DNA from: Paraspadella gotoi
Lineage: Eukaryota; Animalia; Chaetognatha
NCBI GenBank assembly: GCA_051294375.1
Contig: JBJCIZ010000810.1
Span: 80,472 to 144,471 of the forward strand
DNA length: 64,000 nucleotides
Direction of reading: 5' to 3'
Position numbers and translations under genes: made by a program. Shown piece by piece: positions 25,194 to 36,700 of the stretch; the first letter of the stretch is position 1, and each line of letters opens with the position of its first letter. Below the pieces are notes generated by a model, which saw only the letters and a program-made list of their open reading frames with translations, ran no database searches and had not been told where the DNA came from.

Positions 25194-25207
25194 TGGTAAG
25201 CCCGACG
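25194..25207 (+). promoter_or_regulatory. Primer-binding site, tRNA-Trp-like
   Basis: TGGTAAGCCCGACG 3 nt after the LTR; 12/14 match to the usual Trp PBS TGGTGACCCCGACG. Confidence 0.75.
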
Positions 25208-25288
25208 AAAACCAAGCAAAAGAACACGCAACCTTCTTCAAAAACTAATTAAAGACTGCTCTCTTCACGAATCTCTAACGCCATCGAC

Positions 25289-26639
25289 ATGGAAGAGCGC
25301 GCCCGTAGTGGCTCCGGCCGCGGTCGCGTCGCGACTGCTCCCGACGCCGGGACATGTTGGACATCTGGCGGCCCACCCGCTGGCGCCGTTCCGCCCTGAT
25401 GCCTGGACCCCGGCGCTGGACCTCCACAGCAAAACCTTGTCGCCGGCGCCGAAAACCGTCTCGCTGGCCACCTCGAGTTGCTCCTCCAAGCTGCTCTGGC
25501 CCCAATCACCATTGGCCTTCAATCCCTCCGCGAAGAAGTCACACGATCTAGGCGCAGACCTTCCGCAAGCACTGCCGTCGCCTCGCCCGGTGCAACGGCA
25601 CCAAACGCCCTCGCCTAGAAATACCGGCGGGACGCCGCGTCTGTCCCAGGGCGCCGCGCTGCTCCTTCCATGCTGCCAACTGGAACTTCCCCAGTTGTCT
25701 CAATGCCTGGAACGCCGGGTACTTGCCGCCCCAATCCACATCGGCGCCGCGCTTCCGCGCCCACCCAAAATGTTCCAGCTGCCAACCGCGAGTCTATGGA
25801 TACATCGGAACGCATTTCACCTTCCCAACTTTCCCAGTGCCCCCGCCTCACCTCCGCCCCGCCCACGCACGCCAAAGCTCCCACCGTTTGATCCAGCCAA
25901 TGTCAAGATCTGGATAGCTGCTTCAGAAGCGGCGTTTGGCGTCGCTGGCGTCGACGACACCCACGCCAAAGCTAGTCATGTTTTCGCGACTATCCCTTCT
26001 GAGCATCAGGTCCTATTCGAGGACCTCTACCCACTGGCCGTCGCCCTACATTCGAGACTGTCAAAGAAAGGCTTTTTCACTCTTTGGTGAGAAGAAGAGG
26101 CACTCGCGGCCCGCGCTCTCAAACCCCAACCTCTCAATGGACGAACCCCATCTCAGCTCGCCACCATATTGGAATCGACTTTCCGTGAACTCGACATGCA
26201 AACTCTCTTCAAAGAAATGTTGGCAAACGCCCTTCCTCCTCATGTAAGAAGCGTCGCCATTACTGACTCAAACTCCTCAAAGTGCTGCTGAAGCCGCTGA
26301 CGCGTTTTACGACAACGCCGGTAATCTCGTTGTCAAACCTCCTAACAGCTCAATCACCTCGGTGCATGCTGTATGGCCGACACCGAAACAGCGAGGACCA
26401 CGACGACGATGAACTCCCACGCTCATACGCTGAAGTATGTGCCATTGGTGCCTCAGCTCGTTCATCTCTGCGAACGACCGAAAGCGTGTCCGCATACACA
26501 AACCTCAATGCAACGAAGTGCCAAATCCAGACGCTCCAGCGGCACACTCTGCTGGTTCCACTGGCAATTTGGAGATGAGGCCAGGAAGTGTCGTAAACCA
26601 TGCAGCCGGGGAAACGAGAGAGCCGGCGGCCGGAAGTAA
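25289..26639 (+). CDS. gag: Gag (interrupted by apparent single-base sequencing indels)
   Basis: Starts MEERARSG; contains KLPPFDPANVKIWIAASEAAF and a C-terminal CHCC knuckle; stop TAA at 26637-26639. Confidence 0.8.
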
Positions 26640-26675
26640 GCGCTGCCGCCGCGAAATCGAAAACCTGCTTCACGT
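26609..26675 (+). promoter_or_regulatory. -1 programmed ribosomal frameshift signal
   Basis: G GGA AAC in the gag frame, 6-nt spacer, GC-rich stem; -1 frame leads into the protease (cleanest in the copy at 36519-36582). Confidence 0.7.
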
Positions 26676-29600
26676 CCGCGATAACGCCAACGGCCTCACA
26701 TGGCTAGTGGATACGGGCGCAGCGTCTCTCTCGTCGCTCCAACTTATCTGCAGAGCGAAACATTGGACCAACCGCCACGCCCCTCCATGCCGCCAACGGG
26801 TTTCCCATTCCATGTTATGGCCACCGAAAGATGACGATTCGATTAGGTCGACGCAAATTCACATGGGATTTTCGTTATGCAGATGTCTCTACGCCCATCT
26901 TAGGAAACGACTTCCTGATGGAGATACGACCTCGCGCCTTTCCCGAAAATGAAGGTGTTGGTCGACTGCAAAGATTTTTCCACTGTCCCGGAAAAATTCG
27001 CCAAGGGCGCCCATTTCGTGTAAACACCGTTCACAATGTCTACACCCAGATGCTCGATGCACGGCCAGGACTGACAACGCCCTCCTTCGACCCATCAACC
27101 CCAACACGGAGTTGAACACTTCATACCTACGGAGGGACCACCAGTTCACGCACAAGCCCGCGCGTTAGCCACAAAGCTCGGCGTAAAGAGCCGAGTTTGA
27201 AAGCTGGAGAAGCTGGGCATCATCAGGCGGAGTGCAGTGCTTGGGCTTCTCCCCTCATGTCGTGAAGAAGCCGCGATGGGCAGCCTGCGAGCATGCGGTG
27301 ACTATCGGCGTCTCAACACTGTCACCAAAGATGACCGATACCCAATAAGGCACATCGCCGACTTCAACGCCGAGATTGCGGGCAAAAAGGTCTTTTCAAA
27401 AATTGATCTTTTCAAGGGGTACCATCAAATCCCCGTCCACCCAGCTCACGTTAAGAAGACGGCCATCATCACACCAATTGGATCATGGGAATACCTCCGC
27501 ACCCCATTCGGCCTCAAAAATGCAGCACAGGATTTCCAACGCATGATGGATGCAATCCTGCAGGGCATCCCTCATGTGTTTGTATACTTAGACGACATTC
27601 TCGTCGCTTCCGCATCACAGGAGCAACACATAGAGGATGTCAAACGAGTCTTCGATGCCCTCGAAAAAAACGGCCTCATAGTGAACAGGGCAAAGTGTGT
27701 TTTTGGCGCCTCATCACTGGAGTTCCTTGGATACCAAGTTGATGCCCGCGGGGTAAAGCCATTGCCATCTCGCGTTGCTGACATCCGCAATTTTCCGACC
27801 CCAACGACCATTAAGGAACTCCAGCGTTTCCTCGGAGTCCTGAACTATTACAGACGCTTCATGCGCCATGCCGCCCACATCCTCGAGCCCCTCTACGACT
27901 CACTCCGAGGCAAGCCAAAACGACTGCAATGGACAGAAAAACATGACGCGGCATTCCAGGCAGCCAAAAACCTCCTCGCAGACGCCACCCTCCTTGTGCA
28001 CCCAATCGACGGCGCGCCGCTTGCCCTAACGGTCGATGCTTCTCTCTCTGCCATTGGTGCAGTGCTCGAGCAGGCCGTTGATGGCGAGTGGAAACCACTG
28101 GGGTTCTTTTCTTCCCCTCTTCGCGGCTCGCAGCGCCAGTGGCCACCGTTTGACCGCGAACTTCTTGCAGCCTTTCGCGCGGTTCGCCATTTTCGCCCGC
28201 ACATTGAAGGACGCCCGTTTGTGCTGTTTTCCGATCACAACAGTTTAGTCCCCGCAATTCGCAAAAAAACTGAGCCTCATACAATGAGACAAACGTATCA
28301 GCTGGCGGCCATAGCGGAATATACAACAGATGTGCGCTACATAGAGGGCAAAGCAAATGTTGTTGCTGATGCCCTCTCGCGCCCTCCACTTCCACCTGCC
28401 GCAGCACCCACTCTGGAGGCTACAATCAACTCAATCACAGACCACGGCATCGATTTTACTGCTTTGGCGGCGGACCAAATCAATGACCCTGATACACATC
28501 GCCTTCTCGCAGACGCACATACCTCTTTGCGTTTCCAAAATGTCAAGGTTGATGGTGCCAACATACTCTGCGACGTCAGTAGTGGTCGGGCGCGTCCGCT
28601 GGTACCCAACACCTGGCGTCGAAAAATTTTCGACGCAATTCATGGTCTTTCTCATCCGGGTGTAAGAGCAACAAAAAAGCTTGTGACATGCCGATTCACA
28701 TGGCCCGCGGCCAAAACGGACATAGCAGAATGGACACGCTCCTGCATCACTTGCCAGAGGTCAAAGGTCCAACAACACGTCCAAGCTCCACTGCAACAAT
28801 TCAAACCACCAGAGCGCCGTTTTGAGCACGTCCATATTGATCTGGTGGGACCCTTACCAGCATCAGCAGGCCACACCCACCTTTTAACTTGCATTGACCG
28901 GTATACCCGTTGGCCAGAGGCTATCCCCATACGCGACACCTCCACTGCCACAGTTGCTGCTGCTTTCCTCCAAAATTGGATTTCACGTTTTGGGATTCCA
29001 GCTACAGTCACTACTGATCGTGGATCACAATTTACGTCCGAAATCTGGCACCAACTTTCAGAAATGGTTGGCTTCAAACTTGCAACAACCACAGCCTACC
29101 ATCCCCAGTCAAACGGGATGATAGAGAGATGGCACAGGACACTAAAAGCATCCCTAAAAGCTCGCTGCGAGGCCGCAGCAGACAAGTGGACATCACAACT
29201 TCCTTGGGTGCTGCTTGCCCTTCGAACAACCCATAAAGAGGACATTGATGCCTCGCCGGCTGAACTTGTTATGGGTGAAGCACTCACAATCCCAGGCGAG
29301 CTACTTGGCCCCATCTCACCCAAAGCAGATACCGATGCCACCGAACGAGCTGAGATGCTGCAAAATCTAAGAACTGAAGTCGCTCTAATGAGACCCACTC
29401 CAGCTTCTGCTCACTCCTTACCAACAACAAGAATCCCAAACTCTCTGGAAAATGCAGAATTTGTTTTCCTTAAACGTCCGGCAAATGCTGGAGCATTGCA
29501 GCAACCCTATGTAGGTCCATTCCGAGTCATCCAAAGAGGGCAACGAACTTTGACTCTGGACATTCCTGGACGCGGACCCGACACAGTCACAATTGACAGA

Positions 29601-29996
29601 GTCAAACCAGCTGCCATCGACTCAACAAACCCACCAGAACCACCCCAAGCTCCAAAAAGAGGCCGACCACGCAAACAACCCATTCCACTTATACAAGATT
29701 CCATCACCCATCAAAAAAACTCGACACTGGAATCAGAGTCTCCAAACCCAACGCCCAGCCCTTCACCTGAACCACGATGCATCCGGCGACCACGTGCAAG
29801 GTCTGCTCCTACTCGGATTCAACCACCAAGAGCAGTGAAACAACTTTTCCCTCTACCAGCAACCTTGTTCCCACCGGACGAAGATAATGAGCCACAACAT
29901 TCAAACCCTGCCACCAATGAAGATGCTGACAGGCCTTGGGGGGGGATATTTGGTGACAACAACAACGACAACAACAACAACCTTAACGACTCTTAA
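26609..29996 (+). CDS. pol: Pol polyprotein: protease, reverse transcriptase, RNase H, integrase (open from 27237 to 29996)
   Basis: LVDTGA; DYRRLN, PFGLKNA, YLDD; DAS..FDRELLA..DH..ADALSR; HHCC zinc finger; D-D-E core (HIDLVG, TDRGSQF, GMIERWH); GPF motif. Confidence 0.95.
29938..29946 (+). promoter_or_regulatory. Polypurine tract
   Basis: G-run followed by A, 4 nt before the 3' LTR. Confidence 0.8.
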
Positions 29997-30209
29997 ACTT
30001 ACCTAAATCGTGACCTACGACTTAAGGTCAAATAGTTAATTGACCACTAGATTCGTTTCGACTCTTATTGTTATTTTTACTATTGTCTTTTCTCTTTTTG
30101 TTATTGTCGTTTTTCTCTCTGAAAATGATTTTGATCATTACATGTTGTAAATAAATTCGTGAAACGTCTTCTTATTTTCTTCTTTAAATTCCTATCAAGT
30201 CATTTACCA
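29951..30209 (+). repeat. 3' LTR (259 bp)
   Basis: Differs from the 5' LTR at about two positions; contains AATAAA. Confidence 0.95.
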
Positions 30210-30351
30210 AAAACTTAGTAATTTTTCAGGTCATATCAGCTTCAATATCTTATTTACAGTTTTTCATTTCATATCATTATGAACAATTTTCGTACATTTT
30301 CGTGTAATTCAATATTTCTGTAAAATAATTAATATATTATGCGGAAGCTTT

Positions 30352-30574
30352 TGAAGAGACAGTGATTTTATATGGTTAATGACAGAACCGTTCAATATAA
30401 CAGACCCTGAGCTTCGGATCAGGTGTAACACCTGTTACAAGCGAGGTTAAGCGCCCCGTCCCTCTTAACTGCAGGCGGCCACCGGGCTAGAACCCCGACC
30501 TTTGGTGTGGGGGCGAATGACTTGCCTCGAGCACCAATAGGCTCGCTGATGAACGTGGATTTTAGTCCACTATA
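30352..30574 (-). mobile_element. Solo LTR of the tRNA-bearing TRIM
   Basis: Aligns end to end with 54214-54447; AAGCT occurs on both flanks (30345-30349 and 30575-30579), offset by two extra T. Confidence 0.85.
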
Positions 30575-30818
30575 AAGCTATATTTTTCGGTCCTCTCGGA
30601 GTTTGAACCAACCCGATTGGCTATTTAACCATTCCCGATTGGCTGTAGCTAAGATATTCAACCAACCTGATTGGCTGCGGCCAAAATATTCGTCCGCTTG
30701 GAATGACGTCGAAAGTGGTCTTCATCGACAACGGCGCCGTCGTTCCGTAGTCGAAGGCGTATTTGAAATCGATAAGAACATTCTTCGCGTTGGAGCCTTT
30801 GGGGCGGTATATGTCATG

Positions 30819-31000
30819 TTTTAGTTGCGCCGCGAGTGCTCGCGGAGCAACTCTGTAAGTCACTTTTTGGTCGGACTGTCGGTATGTCTTTTTGCTGATA
30901 ACTCGCCTATAGTTAGTTGCTCATTTGTTAAGACAGAAAAAACAAAACAAATCAAAGTGACTGCTAGCGCCGCCTTCGGAAATCCTAAAACTATAAAGAA
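30819..31000 (+). mobile_element. 5' end of a HINE-like element; right boundary unknown
   Basis: TTTT-AGTTGC GCCGCGAG TG CTCGCGGA GCAACT-CTGTAAGTCACT followed by GGTCGG units. Confidence 0.5.
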
Positions 31001-31227
31001 TAAAAGACAGAATTCCTATTGAGTGCGTGTCATAAATACAAATACTATATAAAGAGGTTTGTTTCTAGTCATGTAGTAATGTGATCACAGGGAAATACTT
31101 GTGAAAAAAAAGTCACCGCGCCGCGACACATCACTAATTCACTATCCGCAACTGACTGAGGAAATGATCTTGGCCGAACTGATAGGGAGAATCTGCCCGT
31201 TATCTCTCTCTCTCTCTCTTTCCTCAC

Positions 31228-31428
31228 CGCCCGCCACCCTCCAAGCCAGGGAAGCCACCCCCTTCAACTCCTTCTCCGACGTCAAGTGCTTGACGCTGAA
31301 GTCGGCGCCCGCAGCCCTGCTCTGTTGAACAGATGCAGCTCCTGCGGCAGATTAGACTTCGGCGTCGACGTGGACGCGCATGAACTCGTCGAGGGAGTGA
31401 ACCGGAAGGGCGCAGCGCGCATCGTCAC
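31228..31428 (-). CDS. Probable internal host exon, unknown product, apparently with indel errors
   Basis: Acceptor ..CCGTCCAG and donor GTGAGG; GC-rich; reads GDDARCALPVHSLDEFMRVHVDAEV ... GADFSVKHLTSEKELKGVASLAWRVAG with a stop or shift in the middle. Confidence 0.4.
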
Positions 31429-32773
31429 CTGGACGGAGCGGGATGTAATCGAAAAGGTAAACAATCATAATAACAGCAAAAAAATACGAAAACGATATCG
31501 AAACATTAAAAAACAGTAAAAAACGACTATAAAACAATAAAAATAAAGAAAGGTAAATCAAAAGACAAAACAAGCTTGAATAACCGACAAAAACCAAACA
31601 AAAAATAATTCTAATTCAAACAAAAACAAACCAAAAAAATAAACAATGAAAAAACAAATCAAAACAAAACAAAAATGAAACATAACAAAAAAATAAATGA
31701 ATGAACAAATAAACATCGACAACAAACCTAAACAAAAAAAAAAAAAACAAAACAAAGTATCATCAAAACAAAAGTAAACTAGATCAAAACAAAACAAAGC
31801 CTAAACAAAAAAAAAAAAAACAAAAAAAAAAAAAACAAAGAACAAAAAAGAACAAAGAACTCTGCTTCAAATTACCCACTCACCGCCAAAAAATCGAGGC
31901 GGGAAATTTGAGAAAATGTGGGAAGAAAATCTCTGCTTCTCGAGACGAAATCCTGACGAAATGAAGTAAGTGAAGGCAACGACGACGTTGCTCTCGGAAA
32001 TGGGCGGCGCCGCCGCGTCGGCGTCCGGCGTCGGCTGATTGGTCCGCTGACGCAGCTGGCGATTTTTTTTTTTTGGGGGGGGGGAGATGATGAGGGGAAA
32101 TCGGAAATTCTGTTTTTTAGTCTTTTTACTTTTTTTTTTTGGGAGGGGGGGGCTATCTATATAAATTTCTGTCTTTTTTTCCCCTTTTTTTTAGACTATC
32201 CGTTTTGTTTTATTATATTTATTTCTTTATATTTCCTCTGCTTTGTTCTTCATATTTTTTAAAAACTTTTTATTTTTATCATAATTTTTTTTTTAAATCG
32301 CATTTTTTTATGTCCCTGTTTTTTTTTTCTCTTCTTTCTTTTTTTCCCCTTTTCTTCCCTCATACTACTTTCCTTTTTTTTTTGGGGGGGGGTATGTAAT
32401 CTTTCCTCTTTTTTTTTCTTTCTTTTTCTTTTCTTCTTTTTCTCCTTTCCTTCCTCCTTCCTCCCTCTTTACCCTCCTTTTCCTCCTCTTCCTTCTCTTC
32501 TCTTTCCTCCGCGTTTCTTATTGACGTTCAAAAAGTCTTTATTTTTCGTTGGTTCTCTGTCGAATCAACGAAGAAAACTTGTCAAATGTAACTTGTGACC
32601 TTATAAAATTATAAAACTCGTAAAATGTAACTTGTGACCTTATAAAATTATAAAACTCGTAAAATGTAACTTGTAACTTAAAAAAATTTATAAAACTCGT
32701 AAAAAGTAACTATAAAATTAATAAAACTCCGTAAAATGTACCCAACCTAATTTTTACATTAAAAATTCAAGTT

Positions 32774-32849
<76 letters not shown>

Positions 32850-32997
32850 GTCTTCTGAAGGACGATGTTTAATTGTAACTAATGTTGATCCTTGAAAATA
32901 AAAAAACAAACTCGTTGTCTGAAAATAAACAAAAATTAAACAATTCGCTTAATTCTACTGTAAATAATTTAACAAAATATAAAAGTTAAAAGCATTA

Positions 32998-33130
32998 TCA
33001 AGTAGTCGGACATTTTGGGACAGTTGAGCATGCTGCCGCGCTCGTTATCGTTGGCCGTAAACTCTCCCAGGTGAGGATAGAAGCTGCTGCAAATGCTGTG
33101 GCGGGAATCTTCCTCGATCAACTCGAGTTT
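32998..33130 (-). CDS. Possible host exon (KLELIEEDSRHSICSSFYPHLGEFTANDNERGSMLNCPKMSDY)
   Basis: Pyrimidine-rich acceptor CTCTCCTCACCTTCAG followed by an open GC-richer frame; donor unclear. Confidence 0.35.
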
Positions 33131-33242
33131 CTGAAGGTGAGGAGAGGTGAGTGGCGAGTGAGAGGAAAAAAATTAGGTCCGTTCAACGTTGTTGCGCCGC
33201 AGCGGTTTCTTTTTTTTTCACGTGGATTTCCCTGCATTGCAA

Positions 33243-33694
33243 GACCGACCGACCGACCGACCGACCGACCGACCGACGACCGACCGACCGACCGACCGGA
33301 CCGACCGACCGACCGACCGACCGACCGACCGACCGACCGACCGACCGACCGACCGACGAGCCGACCGACCGACCGACGACCGACCGACCGACCGACCGAC
33401 CGACCGATCCGCCGATCCGACCGACCGACACGACCGACCGACCGACCGACCGACCCGACCGACCGACCCGACCGACCGACCGACCGACGACCGACCGACC
33501 GGACCGACCGACCGACCGACCGACCGAACCGACCGACCGACCGACCCGACCGACCGACCGACCGACCGACCGACCGACCGACCGACCGACCGACCGACCG
33601 ACCGACCGACCGACCGACCGACCGACGACCGACGACCGACCTCGAAAAGTGAATTATAGAGTTGCTCAAAGAGTTCTCGTGACGCAACTAAAAA
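33243..33694 (-). mobile_element. HINE-like 5' end with expanded (GGTC)n microsatellite (33243-33641)
   Basis: Minus strand reads TTTTTAGTTGC...GCAACTCTATAATTCACT then about 400 bp of (GGTC)n. Confidence 0.65.
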
Positions 33695-33789
33695 TAAGTG
33701 AGCGGCAGAAAGAGAGAGTTATTAAAGATAACAAGAGAAGAAGAGATGGAGAGAGAGAGAGAGANNNNNNNNNNNNNNNNNNNNNNNNN

Positions 33790-36700
33790 TATTATTTTCT
33801 TAAATTATATTATTTTCTTCCTTATTTTAATTCAGTTGCTGCCTCTTCTGAACCATTTATAAACGAGTTCCAGAGCTCTGGATGTTGATTGTACAAGCTG
33901 CCTCCAGCGGTGTCCTAGTTTCTCTCTTTCTCTATCTCTGTCTCCTCTCTGTCTCTCTCTCTCTGTCTCTGTCTCTCTCCTCTCTCGTACGATCTCTTGC
34001 GGTGATCGTTTTATTGAAAAAATTTTGAATTATTTTTTTCCTTTTAAAACTTTTATTATCGCCATTTATTCCAGCGATTTTTTCTAATTGCAAAATCCCA
34101 AATTTTACATCCGAGATTTCGTGATTTATTCTCTTTCTTTCTATCTCTCTCTCTCTTTCTCTCATACACGCATTTGTTTGTTTTATTTATGATGAATGAT
34201 GATTATTTAATGATGCGTCCATAATGAATCATCATCAATGATGCAATGGATCTAATCAATCGTATCAATGAAATGACTATCATACGCATCAATCATTTGG
34301 TTATTATACATCAATCATTTTGGTTATCATCACATCGATCATTTGCTTATCATCGCCATTTAGGCGAGATCCTATTCTTTTAAGATTTTTTCTAATACTT
34401 TCGGCCAAGGGACTTTTTCCTCAATAAACATTATCGTTGCGATATGCATTCTTCTTCAGGTTTCAGTATTAGAGAATTTTGGTTTAGAATTATGTTGTCA
34501 TTAGTAGAGAGTGTGGACACGACCGGAAAGCGTAAGCGCACACTGTGGAAGGGAGCCGATTTTGAAGAACCCGAAAACCGGAGCGAATAGAAAAATTGAG
34601 AATAAAGGATTCGACCCGGAAGCTGATAATAACCCTGCGTGTTTCGCTTCCTGGTCATTTGTTTTTATTGGTGTTAGAAATGAAAGGTATTTAATGTATT
34701 AAAATCTTTGGCAACCCCCTGCTCTTTCTTGATTTTTCTTTTAAAATTTGTTTTTAATATTTATTTTCAACATTTAAAAATTTTTTCTAATTTTTTTATT
34801 CAATTTTTCTTATTCTCTTCTTTTGGTGACAACAACAACGACAACAACAACAACCTTAACGACTCTTAAACTTACCTAAATCGTGACCTACGACTTAAGG
34901 TCAAATAGTTAATTGACCACTAGATTCGTTTCGACTCTTATTGTTATTTTTACTATTGTCTTTTCTCTTTTTGTTATTGTCGTTTTTCTCTCTGAAAATG
35001 ATTTTGATCATTACATGTTGTAAATAAATTCGTGAAACGTCTTCTTATTTTCTTCTTTAAATTCCTATCAAGTCATTTACCAAAGTGGTAAGCCCGACGA
35101 AAACCAAGCAAAAGAACACGCAACCTTCTATCAAAAACTAATTAAAGACTGCTCTCTTCACGAATCTCTAACGCCATCGACATGGAAGAGCGCGCCCGTA
35201 GTGGCTCCGGCCGCGGTCGCGTCGCGACTGCTCCCGACGCCCCCGGACATGTTGGACACTCTGGCGGCCCACCCGCTGGCGCCGTTCGCCCCCTGATGCC
35301 TGGACCCCGGCGCTGGACTCCACATGCAAAACCTTGTCGCCGGCGCCGAAAACCGTCTCGCTGGCCACCTCGAGTTGCTCCTCCAAGCTGCTCTGGCCCC
35401 AATCACCATTGGCCTTCAATCCCTCCGCGAAGAAGTCACACGATCTAGGCGCAGACCTTCCGCAAGCACTGCCGTCGCCTCGCCCGTGCAACGGCACCAA
35501 AACGCCCTCGCCTAGAAATACCGGCGGCGACGCCGCGTCTGTCCCAGGGCGCCGCGCTGCTCCTTCCATGCTGCCAACTGGAACTTCCCCAGTTGTCTCA
35601 ATGCCTGGAACGCCGGGTACTTGCCGCCCCAATCCACATCGGCGCCGCGCTTCCGCGCCCACCCAAAATGTTCCAGCTGCCAACCGCGAGTCTATGGATA
35701 CATCGGAACGCATTTCACCTTCCCAACTTTCCCAGTGCCCCCGCCTCCACCTCCGCCCCGCCCACGCACGCCAAAGCTCCCACCGTTTGATCCAGCCAAT
35801 GTCAAGATCTGGATAGCTGCTTCAGAAGCGGCGTTTGGCGTCGCTGGCGTCGACGACACCCACGCCAAAGCTAGTCATGTTTTCGCGACTATCCCTTCTG
35901 AGCATCAGGTCCTATTCGAGGACCTCTACCAACCTGGCCGTCGCCCTACATTCGAGACTGTCAAAGAAAGGCTTTTCTCACTCTTTGGTGAGAAGAAGAG
36001 GCAACTCGCGGCCCGCGCTCTCAAACCCCAACCTCTCAATGGACGAACCCCATCTCAGCTCGCCACCATATTGGAATCGACTTTCCGTGAACTCGACATG
36101 CAAACTCTCTTCAAAGAAATGTTGGCAAACGCCCTTCCTCCTCATGTAAGAAGCGTCGCCATTACTGACTCAAACTCCCTCAAAGATGCTGCTGAAGCCG
36201 CTGACGCGTTTTACGACAACGCCGTAATCTCGTTGTCAAACCTCCTAACAGCTCAATCACCTCGGTGCATGCTGTATGGCCGACACCGAAACCAGCGAGG
36301 ACCACCACGACGACGATGAACTCCCACGCTCATACGCTGAAGTATGTGCCATTGGTGCCTCAGCTCGTTCATCTCTGCGCAACGACCGAAAGCGTGTCCG
36401 CATCAACAAACCCTCAATGCAACGAAGTGCCCGAAATCCAGACGCTCCAGCGGCACACTCTGCTGGTTCCACTGGCAATTTGGAGATGAGGCCAGGAAGT
36501 GTCGTAACCATGCAGCCGGGGAAACGAGAGAGCCGGCGGCCGGAAGTAAGCGCTGCCGCCGGCGAAATCGAAAACCTGCTTCACGTCCGCGATAACGCCA
36601 ACGGCCTCACATGGCTAGTGGATACGGGCGCCAGCGTCTCTCTCGTCGCTCCAAACTCTGCAGAGCAAACATTGGACCAACCGCCACGCCCCTCCATGCC

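Larger units (their letters stand above)
24931..30209 (+). mobile_element. Full-length Ty3/gypsy LTR retrotransposon, CsRN1-like lineage
   Basis: Near-identical TG..CA LTRs, PBS, PPT, domain order gag-PR-RT-RH-IN, CHCC knuckle CWFHWQFGDEARKCRKPC, tRNA-Trp-like PBS. Confidence 0.95.

Noticed and set aside
27485-29838. Short alternative-frame and antisense ORFs overlapping pol
   Set aside because: Expected shadows of a GC-richer coding region; no recognisable domains
33071-33888. Long PTDR/SVGR-repeat ORFs
   Set aside because: Translations of the (GACC)n microsatellite
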